Source of the DNA: Candidatus Methylomirabilia bacterium
GTDB taxonomy: Bacteria > Methylomirabilota > Methylomirabilia > Rokubacteriales > CSP1-6
Reading direction: 5' to 3'
DNA: 64,000 bases
Assembly (NCBI GenBank): GCA_041496385.1
Contig: JBGQEL010000014.1
Location: forward strand, 1 to 64,000
Under the pieces are notes generated by a model. The model was given only the letters and a program-made list of their open reading frames with translations, did not search any database and was not told the DNA's origin. Shown one piece after another: positions 18,696-26,877 of this stretch (positions are counted from its first letter, which is position 1; every line of letters starts with the position of its first letter). The position numbers were made by a program, and so were the translations under genes.

Positions 18696-19055
18696 ATGAA
18701 GCGCGCGAAGTACGGCATCGACGCGCCTCTTGTGGTGCAGCGGTTCGTTGGGGTGGGCGTGGTCGCGCTCTCCTTTGCAGTGGTGCTGCGGTCTCTCCCG
18801 CGCGTCGAGGCACCGGGACTCGTGCGCTGGGCTCTCATCGTCGTTGCAGTGTGGACGTTCATGTGCGCCTTGACGATGCTTCTCGGCAGCAAGGTCGGGA
18901 AGCTTCGACTGCGGGACGGCCTGCTGGCGCGGGTCCCGTGCCGGGGAGACGAACGTGTGCTCGACTCGCAGTACCGGCGAATCCTTCGGGAAGCCGGGAT
19001 GGATAACGTCGTGGCGCCCAGCTTCATTCTCACGGCGTCCAAACCCGGCCGGTAG
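18696..19055 (+). pseudogene. Membrane-anchored SAM methyltransferase with deleted catalytic core
   Basis: YGIDAP, SKVGKLRLRD, RGDERVLD then breaks before the GxGxG motif and resumes at the C-terminus. Confidence 0.65.
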
Positions 19056-19073
19056 GCCACGGCGGAAGGTCCC

Positions 19074-19820
19074 ATGGACAGGGTGTTCCTCGAGGCGTCT
19101 GCGGTCGTCACCGGGGGGTTCGTCGTCCTGCCGCTCCTCGTCGCCGCCGGATTCATCCTGGCGGGCGAGTGGGCGGGGCGGCGCCTCGGGGAGGGAGTCA
19201 CGGTGCGGCGACGCCGCACCGTGCGCGTCGGCGCGGCCGTGCTCGCGTGGCTGCTGCTGACCGCGCTGATCGCCGCCACCGGTGTGCTGCGCTGGTTCGA
19301 TGCGACACCGGCTCCCTTCGCGGTCCTGCTGCTCGCGGCAGGGATCGTCGGCCTTGCCGTCCCCTGCTCGCCCCTCGGAACGCGGCTCGTTCGCGGCTTG
19401 CCGCTCTGGGCTCTGGTGGGCTTTCAGGTCTTCCGCTTCCCCTTGGAGCTGGTCATGCACCAGGCGTATATCGAAGGGGTGATGCCGGTGCAGATGAGCT
19501 ATTCGGGCCAGAACTACGACATCCTGAGCGGGATCAGCGCCGGCGCACTCGGTTTGTGGCTGGCTCGTGGGCGCGTGCCAGGCTGGGTCGTCGGCTGCTG
19601 GAACATGCTGGGCTTCGCGCTCCTCGCGAACGTCGTCGCCGTCGCCATCCTCTCCACGCCCGTGTTTCGATGGTTCGGCGACGACCGACTGAACATCTTC
19701 GTGACCTATCCCCCGTTCGTATGGTTGCCTGCGATTCTGGTCACGGCGGCGCTGATGGGCCACATCCTGGTACTGCGGTGGCTGAGCCGCGAGAAAAGAG
19801 GAGCGACGTGCGTCACGTGA
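19074..19820 (+). CDS. Multi-pass membrane protein
   Basis: ~7 hydrophobic segments; LVGFQVFRFPLELVM, GQNYDIL, PFVWLP. Confidence 0.8.
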   Translation: MDRVFLEASAVVTGGFVVLPLLVAAGFILAGEWAGRRLGEGVTVRRRRTVRVGAAVLAWLLLTALIAATGVLRWFDATPAPFAVLLLAAGIVGLAVPCSPLGTRLVRGLPLWALVGFQVFRFPLELVMHQAYIEGVMPVQMSYSGQNYDILSGISAGALGLWLARGRVPGWVVGCWNMLGFALLANVVAVAILSTPVFRWFGDDRLNIFVTYPPFVWLPAILVTAALMGHILVLRWLSREKRGATCVT

Positions 19821-20203
19821 GGACGGTGGTCCTGCTGAGTGCGCTCGGGCTCGCGGCCTGCGCGCCGGAGATCGTGCGTCACCCGACGCAATTGGCCGCT
19901 GTGACGGAACAACCCGGAGGCACGATCGAGGTCCTGGAGGACGCGTCCATTTCGGTCGGCCCGGGATACCGGCGGGTGATCAGGCGCGGTAGTGTGTGGG
20001 TGAGCATCGGCAGGTCGGTCGAAGGGGAGGTGTTCAAGCCCGTCGATCGCGTATTCACGGTCGAGGGCGCCCATATCCACGAAGCGTATCTCGTGCTCGC
20101 GGGCGACCGCATCGTCGGTTTCTACCTGCCTGTCGAGCGCGCGTTCTCGCCCGCGCCCGACGGGCCGAACACTCGACTCTCGATCCGGAGGAGGCAACCA
20201 TGA
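19808..20203 (+). CDS. Hypothetical lipoprotein
   Basis: Lipobox LAA|C; VEGAHIHEAYLV, GFYLPVE. Confidence 0.75.
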   Translation: MRHVRTVVLLSALGLAACAPEIVRHPTQLAAVTEQPGGTIEVLEDASISVGPGYRRVIRRGSVWVSIGRSVEGEVFKPVDRVFTVEGAHIHEAYLVLAGDRIVGFYLPVERAFSPAPDGPNTRLSIRRRQP

Positions 20204-20631
20204 GGGCCCGCTTCGCGCCCGTGCTGCTGGTGCTGCTTCTCTCGGCCTGCGCCACGGGTCCGAAATACACGGAAGTAGCGTCGACCATCCCGTCGCTGAT
20301 GTCGTCACAAGGCCGGATCTACTTCTATCGACCCAGTGCGCTCGGCGCCGCCGTTCAGCCCGAGATCAAGCTGAACGGGGAGAAGGTCGGCACGGCGAAG
20401 CCCCACGGCTTCTATTTCGTCGACCGCGCCCCCGGCAATTGCGAGGTGACCGCCGCCACCGAAACCGAGAAGAAGCTCACGTTCACGCTCGAGCCGCGCC
20501 AGGAGCGCTACGTGCGCCTGAAGATCCAGATGGGACTGTTCGTCGGCCGGATCGTCCCGGAGCTGGTGGACAAGGCGGAGGCCGAAGACGAGCTCAAGAC
20601 ATTGAGCTTCATCGCCGACCCGCTGAAGTAA
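20200..20631 (+). CDS. DUF2846-domain lipoprotein
   Basis: Lipobox LSA|CATG, GRIYFYRP; GGAGGAGG RBS, ATGA overlap. Confidence 0.85.
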   Translation: MRARFAPVLLVLLLSACATGPKYTEVASTIPSLMSSQGRIYFYRPSALGAAVQPEIKLNGEKVGTAKPHGFYFVDRAPGNCEVTAATETEKKLTFTLEPRQERYVRLKIQMGLFVGRIVPELVDKAEAEDELKTLSFIADPLK

Positions 20632-20633
20632 TC

Positions 20634-21161
20634 GTGCGGAGGACGCACTTCATCGCGGGTGGCATCGTGCTGGCGGTCTCTGCTCTGCCCGGGCACGCTC
20701 AGGAGTGTGAGCCCGCCGGAGCGGCGGTCGAAGTCCACGCGAGTGTTGCGGGCTCGGATACCCTGACCGTATCGTACACGGTCGTCAACAACACGCGCGG
20801 GAGCCTGCGCTGGATGAGCATCGGCACGGGTGGGCCGGAACGAACGCAGGTGGTTCCTCAGCAGACCCCAGCGATCCAGGCGGCTCCCTCGGGCTGGCAC
20901 GGGAGCGTGGTGTATCCCGAGGAGACTTCCTACATGCACCTTTGGTGGGAAGCGAAGGACGTCAGGGCCGCGCTTCCGTCTGGTGGGTCGACGAGCGGCT
21001 TCGTGGCGAGGGTGGCGGGGCCCGCCGCCGTCCAGCCGGGCCTGCAGGGGCTGGACGGCCGCCCGGTGCGGCCGATCGATTTCGGAACGCTGCCATTCAC
21101 CGTTGGCGGGACGGGGACGCAGTGCTGGTGGGGAAGGGTCGGGGGGAGTGCGAGTAGGTGA
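20634..21161 (+). CDS. Secreted hypothetical protein
   Basis: Signal peptide GHA|Q, beta-rich, terminal Cys pair. Confidence 0.6.
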   Translation: MRRTHFIAGGIVLAVSALPGHAQECEPAGAAVEVHASVAGSDTLTVSYTVVNNTRGSLRWMSIGTGGPERTQVVPQQTPAIQAAPSGWHGSVVYPEETSYMHLWWEAKDVRAALPSGGSTSGFVARVAGPAAVQPGLQGLDGRPVRPIDFGTLPFTVGGTGTQCWWGRVGGSASR

Positions 21162-21688
21162 GGCACCGCTCGACCGTTGAGTGGAAGGGAAGCGTGGTTG
21201 ACGTCCGGCCGCTTGACACGACGGATCGACCCTTCCTGGAAGAAATGCTTCTCGAAGCGTTCTTCTGGAATCCCGCCTGGTCGCGGCCCACGCCGGCCGA
21301 GTTCCGCGAGCACCCCGAGTTCACGAAGCTCCTGGCAGACTGGGGTCGCCCGGGGGACCGTGGTGTTCTTGCCGAGGCACAGCGAACGAGAGTCGGTGCA
21401 GCGTGGTTTCGCCTCTGGACGCCCGAGCTGCACTCCTATGGTTACGTGGACGCCCGGACTCCCGAGCTGGCGATCGCGGTGGTGTCGACCCACCGTTCCA
21501 GGGGAGTCGGTCGGACTCTTCTTCGGGCCCTCGTTCGGATCGCCCGCAAAGACGGATACCCGGCGCTCAGCCTGAGCGTGAGCCCTTCGAACTACGCGCG
21601 GTCTTTCTACGAGTCGGAGGGCTTCCAGAAGGTCGGCGAATCCGGAACGTCGTGGACCTTCTTGCTCAAACTCGCGGACACCGCGTGA
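21158..21688 (+). CDS. GNAT acetyltransferase
   Basis: ELAIAVVSTHRSRGVGRTLL, LSLSV..SNYARSFYESEGF. Confidence 0.88.
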   Translation: MRHRSTVEWKGSVVDVRPLDTTDRPFLEEMLLEAFFWNPAWSRPTPAEFREHPEFTKLLADWGRPGDRGVLAEAQRTRVGAAWFRLWTPELHSYGYVDARTPELAIAVVSTHRSRGVGRTLLRALVRIARKDGYPALSLSVSPSNYARSFYESEGFQKVGESGTSWTFLLKLADTA

Positions 21689-21941
21689 TCCATCGTGACA
21701 CCCTGGGCCTCGACGTAGCGGATGTTCGCGAAGGTTGGTCGTCGTTCCTTGCGTCCGTCGACGTCGAGATCGCTTTTCACCGAGGCAAAGGCCGTCGCCC
21801 GCGAATCGAGCTGGTCGTCGACGGCGACTTGCGGGAAGCACGGGACCTGCTCAACACGCGGGGTGCTCGGCTTGGCAGCTGCGAGGAGCTTCGCGGGCGG
21901 GAGATCTGCACCGGCAAGGACAGGGATGGGAACTCCATCCT
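21685..21941 (+). pseudogene. VOC/glyoxalase fragment
   Basis: RDTLGLDV...GKDRDGNSI; N-terminus missing, fused to next fragment. Confidence 0.55.
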
Positions 21942-22248
21942 GCCGCAGGGCTGTTGGCCGCATTTCTCGTGGCCCTGTTCTTCGGGCGCCAGTTCTCGCA
22001 CATCCTGAACGGATCTCTCGTGTACGCCCCGGCGTTCCTTCTCAGCATCGGCCTCGGGCGTTACCACTACCGCACACACAAAGGTCGAGCGGTGTGCTCT
22101 GCTCGCGGCGGCCGGAGTGTTTCTGGTGGCGGTTGTTTTCCGGAGTGTCGACCAAGCCGTCTGCCCTTTCTTCCCCGTCGGCACTCACTTTCTTTGGCAT
22201 CTGTTGATGCCCGTCGTTCTCTACCCGTCCATGCGGGCCTGCTTTTGA
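21942..22248 (+). pseudogene. C-terminal fragment of a ceramidase-like (CREST) membrane protein, frameshifted
   Basis: LNGSLVYAPA in one frame, FRSVDQAVCPFFPVGTHFLWHLL in another. Confidence 0.7.
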
Positions 22249-22267
22249 ACTGGGCGAAGACGGGCCG

Positions 22268-22621
22268 ATGACGCGCTGTCCCTTCTGCAAGGAGGAAATC
22301 CAGGAAGGCGCGATCAAGTGCAAGCACTGCTTTGAGTTCCTGCGCAGGGGCGAGGACGCGGGATTGTCGGACTACTATCGGCAGACGTTCACCGTGTTCG
22401 ATCAGCGGGGCGGTGGCTTCAAGGTGAAGTGGAATTGGGCGGCGTTCCTCTCGGGTGCGCTCTGGTATCTGGCCAAGGGCATCTGGATCAAGGGCTTGTT
22501 GATGCTCGTGTTCATCTTCGTCTTCGCGGGCGTCCCGGCCCCCCTCTTCTGGGTCTACGCGGGGATTGCCGGCAACTGGGACTACTACCTGCTCAAGGTG
22601 AAAGGCAAGCACTTCTGGTGA
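22268..22621 (+). CDS. Zinc-ribbon + DUF2628-like membrane protein
   Basis: CPFCKEEIQEGAIKCKHC; WNWAAFL..LWYLAKG. Confidence 0.8.
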   Translation: MTRCPFCKEEIQEGAIKCKHCFEFLRRGEDAGLSDYYRQTFTVFDQRGGGFKVKWNWAAFLSGALWYLAKGIWIKGLLMLVFIFVFAGVPAPLFWVYAGIAGNWDYYLLKVKGKHFW

Positions 22622-22659
22622 GATCAGGATGACGGGCGCACGACATTGGGAGGTCCAAG

Positions 22660-23004
22660 ATGATCCATCAACTCCGGATCTACGAGATATTCGAACAGAA
22701 CAAATCCGCATTCCACGAGCGCTTCCGCGATCACGCGGCGCGGATCATGCGGAAGTACGGCTTCGACATCGTCGCCATGTGGGAGGCGAAGAGCGACCGC
22801 CGCACCGAATTCGTCTATGTGCTCGCGTGGCCCGACAAGCGTGCGAAGGCCGCAGCCCGGGCCCGGTTCATGGCGGACGACGAATGGAAGGAGGTCAAGC
22901 GTGTGACAAGCGCGGCGCACGGCGATATGGTCGGTGAAATCGAAGACCGCGTGCTCGTTCCCACCGACTACTCTCCGGCGGTGCCACGCTCGGCACGAGC
23001 GTGA
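22660..23004 (+). CDS. NIPSNAP-family protein
   Basis: IHQLRIYEI, FVYVLAWPD, FMADDEW, LVPTDYSP. Confidence 0.88.
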   Translation: MIHQLRIYEIFEQNKSAFHERFRDHAARIMRKYGFDIVAMWEAKSDRRTEFVYVLAWPDKRAKAAARARFMADDEWKEVKRVTSAAHGDMVGEIEDRVLVPTDYSPAVPRSARA

Positions 23005-23348
23005 GCGCGACCCTTCGCCTCGAGCTCTTTGCCAGAGATCTGCAGGCATCGTTCGAGTTCTACGAGCGGGTGCTCGGATTCGACAGGGAGACGGAACGCC
23101 CTGGCGGCTATACGCCGCTCACGAAGGGCTCGGCCCGCATCGCATTGAACCTTCACTCGGACCTGGACGAAGGCCATCCGATTCGACTGACCGCCCACGG
23201 GCGGCCTGGGGGAGGAGTCGAGATCGTGCTGGAGGTGGATGACGTCGAGGCCATGTACCGGCATGTCGTTTCGGAGAAGTGGCCGCGGTCCGCGGAATTG
23301 AGGCGCCGGCCGTGGGGATTGACGGGGCGGGTTACCTCCCACGGATAG
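23001..23348 (+). pseudogene. VOC/glyoxalase protein, C-terminally truncated
   Basis: LRLELFARD..ASFEFYERVLGF, GVEIVLEVDD, RRPWGLT then lacks the DPDG strand. Confidence 0.65.
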
Positions 23349-23378
23349 ACATTCAGACGTATTCTTGATGCCCTGGAC

Positions 23379-23998
23379 ATGAAGGCTTCCCGCATGACGC
23401 TCCTGGTCGCCGTCCTTCTCGGTGGCCTCGTCGCACGGATTCCTGCCGAAGCGCAGCAGGCGGCGAGGGTGCCCAGGATCGGCATTCTTCAGGGGAGCCG
23501 GAACGAGAATGCCACGGTGTTCGTCCAAGCGCTCCGCGATGCGGGATATGTCGACGGCCAGAGCGCACGCATCGAAATGCGATTTTACGCGGCGCAGATC
23601 GACCAGCTCCCCACATTCGTCGACGAGTTCGTCGCGCTGAAATGTGACGTGCCTCGCGCGAGCGCCTGAATGGAGTCATTGTCCTGTCCTCTCCACTCAT
23701 TCTCAACCAGCGCTCGCAGATCGCCGCCCTGGCGTTGACCTCGGGCCTCCCGACCATCAGCCTATTTACCGTGTTCCCACGGTCCGGGGGGCTGATGGCG
23801 TATGGTCCGGATTTTCCCGACATGTACAGGCGAGCGGTGACGTACATCGACCGGATTCTCAAGGGCGCCAAGGCAGGCGATCTCCCCATAGAACGACCGA
23901 GCAGGTTTGAATTGGCCATCAACGTCAAGACCGCCCGAACCCTCGGTCTCACGATTCCGCCGTCCCTCATGGCGCGGACAGATCACGTCGTTGACTGA
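23379..23998 (+). pseudogene. ABC_sub_bind-family substrate-binding protein with internal deletion and frameshift
   Basis: AEAQQAARVPRIGIL...VALKCDV, break at ~23652, second frame GGLMAYGPD..YIDRILKGAKAGDLPIERPSRFELAINVKTA. Confidence 0.8.
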
Positions 23999-24461
23999 TC
24001 GGGAAGCGGTTCAGTTCCTGGAGCCGAGCCGGATGGAACGACTGTTCAATCGAGCCTTCGGCATGCTCGTCGGCCTGGGGCTCGGCCTGCGCCACAATCA
24101 CCTGCTCCAGGTGCGGGGGCGGAGGACGGGACGCGTCCACTCCACGCCGGTGAACGTCCTCGAGCTCGACGGCCGGCGATTCCTCGTCGCCGCCCGGGGG
24201 CGCACGCAATGGACGCGCAACGCCGATGTCGCCGGGGAGGTGGCGCTCAAGAAAGGACGGCGCGTCGAGGCATTCCGGATCCGCGCCGTCGCGGACTCCG
24301 AAAAGCCGCCGGTCCTGAGCGCCTATCTCGAACGCTTCCGGCTCACCGTCCAGCGCTACTTTCCCCCGCGCGCGGGCGCGGGCCCCGAGGCGTTCCGCGA
24401 GCTCGCCGGCCGGTATCCTGTCTTCGAGCTGCTCGGTCCAGGGCCGGGAGCGCGCGTCTGA
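23991..24461 (+). CDS. Deazaflavin-dependent nitroreductase (Ddn)-family protein
   Basis: LQVRGRRTG...TPVNV, ARGRTQWTRN, YPVFEL; start TTG 23991 or ATG 24033. Confidence 0.8.
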   Translation: MTDREAVQFLEPSRMERLFNRAFGMLVGLGLGLRHNHLLQVRGRRTGRVHSTPVNVLELDGRRFLVAARGRTQWTRNADVAGEVALKKGRRVEAFRIRAVADSEKPPVLSAYLERFRLTVQRYFPPRAGAGPEAFRELAGRYPVFELLGPGPGARV

Positions 24462-24486
24462 CCGCGAGGGGCACGGGAGATCGAAG

Positions 24487-24765
24487 ATGCTCTACATGGT
24501 GATCGAGCGGTTCAGGGAAGGCGCCGCGGCGGACATCTATCGTCGCGCCCGAGAGAAAGGCCGGATGCTGCCAGACGGGCTGGAGTACGTCTCGAGCTGG
24601 GTCGACCTCGAGTTCAAGATCTGCTATCAGCTGATGCGAACCGACGATGCGTCGCTGTTCACCGTGTGGACGAGCGCCTGGAAGGATCTGACCGAGTTCG
24701 AGATCATACCCGTACGCACGTCGGCCGAGGCGGCGGAGGCCATGACCGGCCGCGAGAGGAGATGA
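24487..24765 (+). CDS. DUF3303-like small protein
   Basis: MLYMVIERF, GRMLPDGLEYVSSWV, WKDLTEFEIIPV. Confidence 0.8.
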   Translation: MLYMVIERFREGAAADIYRRAREKGRMLPDGLEYVSSWVDLEFKICYQLMRTDDASLFTVWTSAWKDLTEFEIIPVRTSAEAAEAMTGRERR

Positions 24766-24769
24766 CAGG

Positions 24770-25270
24770 ATGAAATACTTGATGCTGGCGGCCACTGAGC
24801 AGGATTCCCTGTTTACGAATCTCGAAGAGATGCCCGAGCTCCTGCACGCGTCGTTCGGTCACGTGTCGGCGGCGGAGGCGACCCGACCCGGGCCGGACGG
24901 GATCTTCTCACCGGTCGAGCAGGCCTGGCACCTGGCCGACCTGGAGCGCGAGGCGTTCGCCGTGCGGATCGCGCGGCTCCTCGGCGAGGCCGACCCGCGC
25001 CTCCCCGATTTCGACGGCGCCCGCGTCGCGTGCGAGCGCGACTACAAGTCGAAGTCGCTGGCCGAGGGCCTCGCGGCCTTCCGCCAAGCTCGGCGCCGGA
25101 ACGTCGCGACGCTGCGGGCGATCCGCCCCGACGCCTGGACGCGGGGAGGCACGCAGGAAGGCGTCGGCGCGGTCGCGCTCTGCGACCTGCCGGTGATGAT
25201 GGCGCAGCACGACGCGGCGCACCGGGAGGAGATCGCGGCCTGGCGCGCGTCGGGCGGCGCGGAGGCATGA
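24770..25270 (+). CDS. DinB-family protein
   Basis: FSPVEQAWHLADLE, QHDAAH. Confidence 0.82.
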   Translation: MKYLMLAATEQDSLFTNLEEMPELLHASFGHVSAAEATRPGPDGIFSPVEQAWHLADLEREAFAVRIARLLGEADPRLPDFDGARVACERDYKSKSLAEGLAAFRQARRRNVATLRAIRPDAWTRGGTQEGVGAVALCDLPVMMAQHDAAHREEIAAWRASGGAEA

Positions 25271-25776
25271 CCGCCGAGCTCGTCCGCACGATGTACGAAT
25301 ACAACGCCTGGGCGAACCAGCGCATCCTCGACACGACGGCGCAGCTCAGCCCGGTGCAGTGCCGGGCTCCGGGCGGCGCGAGCTTTGGCTCCATCCACGA
25401 CACGCTCGTCCACACCATGGGCGCGCAGTGGCTCTGGCTCGCGCGGTGGCAGGGCACCTCGCCCACCGCGATGCCGGGCCCCGAGGCCTTTCCCGATCTC
25501 GCCGCCATCCGCGCGCGCTGGGCGCAGGTCGAGCGCGACACGCACGAGTTCGTCGTCGCGCGGACCGAGGCCGATCTGGTGCGGGTCGTCGAGTACGTCA
25601 ACATGCAGGGGAAGCGGTGGGCGTATCCCCTGTGGCAGCAGATGCTCCATCAGGTCAACCACGGGACCCAGCACCGGAGCGAGGTCGCCATGGTGCTGAC
25701 CGCGACCGGTCATTCGCCGGGCTGGCTGGACTTCCTCTATTTCATGGACGTGCGTAGCGTGGGAGACGCCCCATGA
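25267..25776 (+). CDS. DinB-family protein
   Basis: [26 protein letters not shown]. Confidence 0.88.
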   Translation: MTAELVRTMYEYNAWANQRILDTTAQLSPVQCRAPGGASFGSIHDTLVHTMGAQWLWLARWQGTSPTAMPGPEAFPDLAAIRARWAQVERDTHEFVVARTEADLVRVVEYVNMQGKRWAYPLWQQMLHQVNHGTQHRSEVAMVLTATGHSPGWLDFLYFMDVRSVGDAP

Positions 25777-26138
25777 CGCGACAGCCGATCAACCTGGCCG
25801 CGAAGTTCGCCAAGTTCTCCGAGCACTGGTCGCCGAAGATCGTCGCCCAGATGAACGACTATCACTTCAAGCTCGTGAAGTTCCAGGGCGAGTTCGTCTG
25901 GCACGACCACCCGCACACCGACGAGGTGTTCATCGTGCTCGACGGCGCGATGACCATCCATTTCCGGGACGGCGACATCGCGGTCGGCGCGGGCGAGATG
26001 TTCGTCATTCCGAAGGGCGTGGAGCACAAGACCTCGGCGACGGCCGAGTGCCGGGCGATGCTCGTCGAGACGGCCGGCACCGTGAACACCGGCGCCGTCG
26101 TGAGCGACAAGACCGCGGCGCCCGATGCCTGGATCTAG
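25773..26138 (+). CDS. Cupin-domain protein
   Basis: [23 protein letters not shown]. Confidence 0.88.
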   Translation: MTRQPINLAAKFAKFSEHWSPKIVAQMNDYHFKLVKFQGEFVWHDHPHTDEVFIVLDGAMTIHFRDGDIAVGAGEMFVIPKGVEHKTSATAECRAMLVETAGTVNTGAVVSDKTAAPDAWI

Positions 26139-26139
26139 G

Positions 26140-26874
26140 ATGCCGAGAGTCTTCGTGCACGGTGTTCCCGACACGCCGCACGTGTGGCACGCCGTTCTGT
26201 CGCGTCTCGGGCGCGACGACGCGGTGACGCTGTCGCTGCCGGGGTTCGGGTGCCCGCTGCCGGGCGGGTTCGACGCGACCAAGGAAGCGTACGTGGACTG
26301 GCTGCTCGGCGAGCTGACGAAGCTGCCGGCGCCCATCGATGTGGTCGGCCACGACTGGGGCGCGCTCCTGGTCGTTCGATGCGCATCGGTCCGTCCGGAT
26401 CTCGTCCGAAGCTGGGCGGCCGGCGGGGCGCCGCTCGACTCCGAGTACACGTGGCACCAGGCCGCGCGGGCGTGGCAGACACCGGAAAAGGGTGAGCAGG
26501 TGATGGCCGGCTTGACGCCGGCGGCTCTCCAGGCGGCACTCGCCGCGGCGGGTGTGCCGGAGGCTGACGCGGCCGAGGCGGGACGTCACCTGGACGCCAC
26601 GATGAAGCGGTGCATCCTGAGTCTCTACCGCTCGGCCGTGCGCGCGGGCTCGGAGTGGGAGGGCGATCTTCGACGCGTCTCCGCCCCGGGACTCGTGCTC
26701 TGGGGTGAGGACGACCCCTACGCGGCGGCGCGCTTCGGCGAGCGCCTGGCCGAGCGGACGGGTGCCAGGTTCGTGTCCTTCCCCGGCTGCTCGCACTGGT
26801 GGCAGCTTCAGCGACCCGACGAGGTGGCGTCCGAGCTCCGAAGCTTCTGGGCGGCCCTGCCCGCGCGGCGCTGA
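26140..26874 (+). CDS. Alpha/beta hydrolase (epoxide hydrolase/dehalogenase-like)
   Basis: FVHGVPD, VGHDWG, LWGEDDPY, SHWW. Confidence 0.85.
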   Translation: MPRVFVHGVPDTPHVWHAVLSRLGRDDAVTLSLPGFGCPLPGGFDATKEAYVDWLLGELTKLPAPIDVVGHDWGALLVVRCASVRPDLVRSWAAGGAPLDSEYTWHQAARAWQTPEKGEQVMAGLTPAALQAALAAAGVPEADAAEAGRHLDATMKRCILSLYRSAVRAGSEWEGDLRRVSAPGLVLWGEDDPYAAARFGERLAERTGARFVSFPGCSHWWQLQRPDEVASELRSFWAALPARR

Positions 26875-26877
26875 CGC

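Noticed and set aside
24770..25776. DinB genes as DNA polymerase IV / SOS cassette
   Set aside because: Short His-triad four-helix DinB/YfiT-family proteins, not Y-family polymerases
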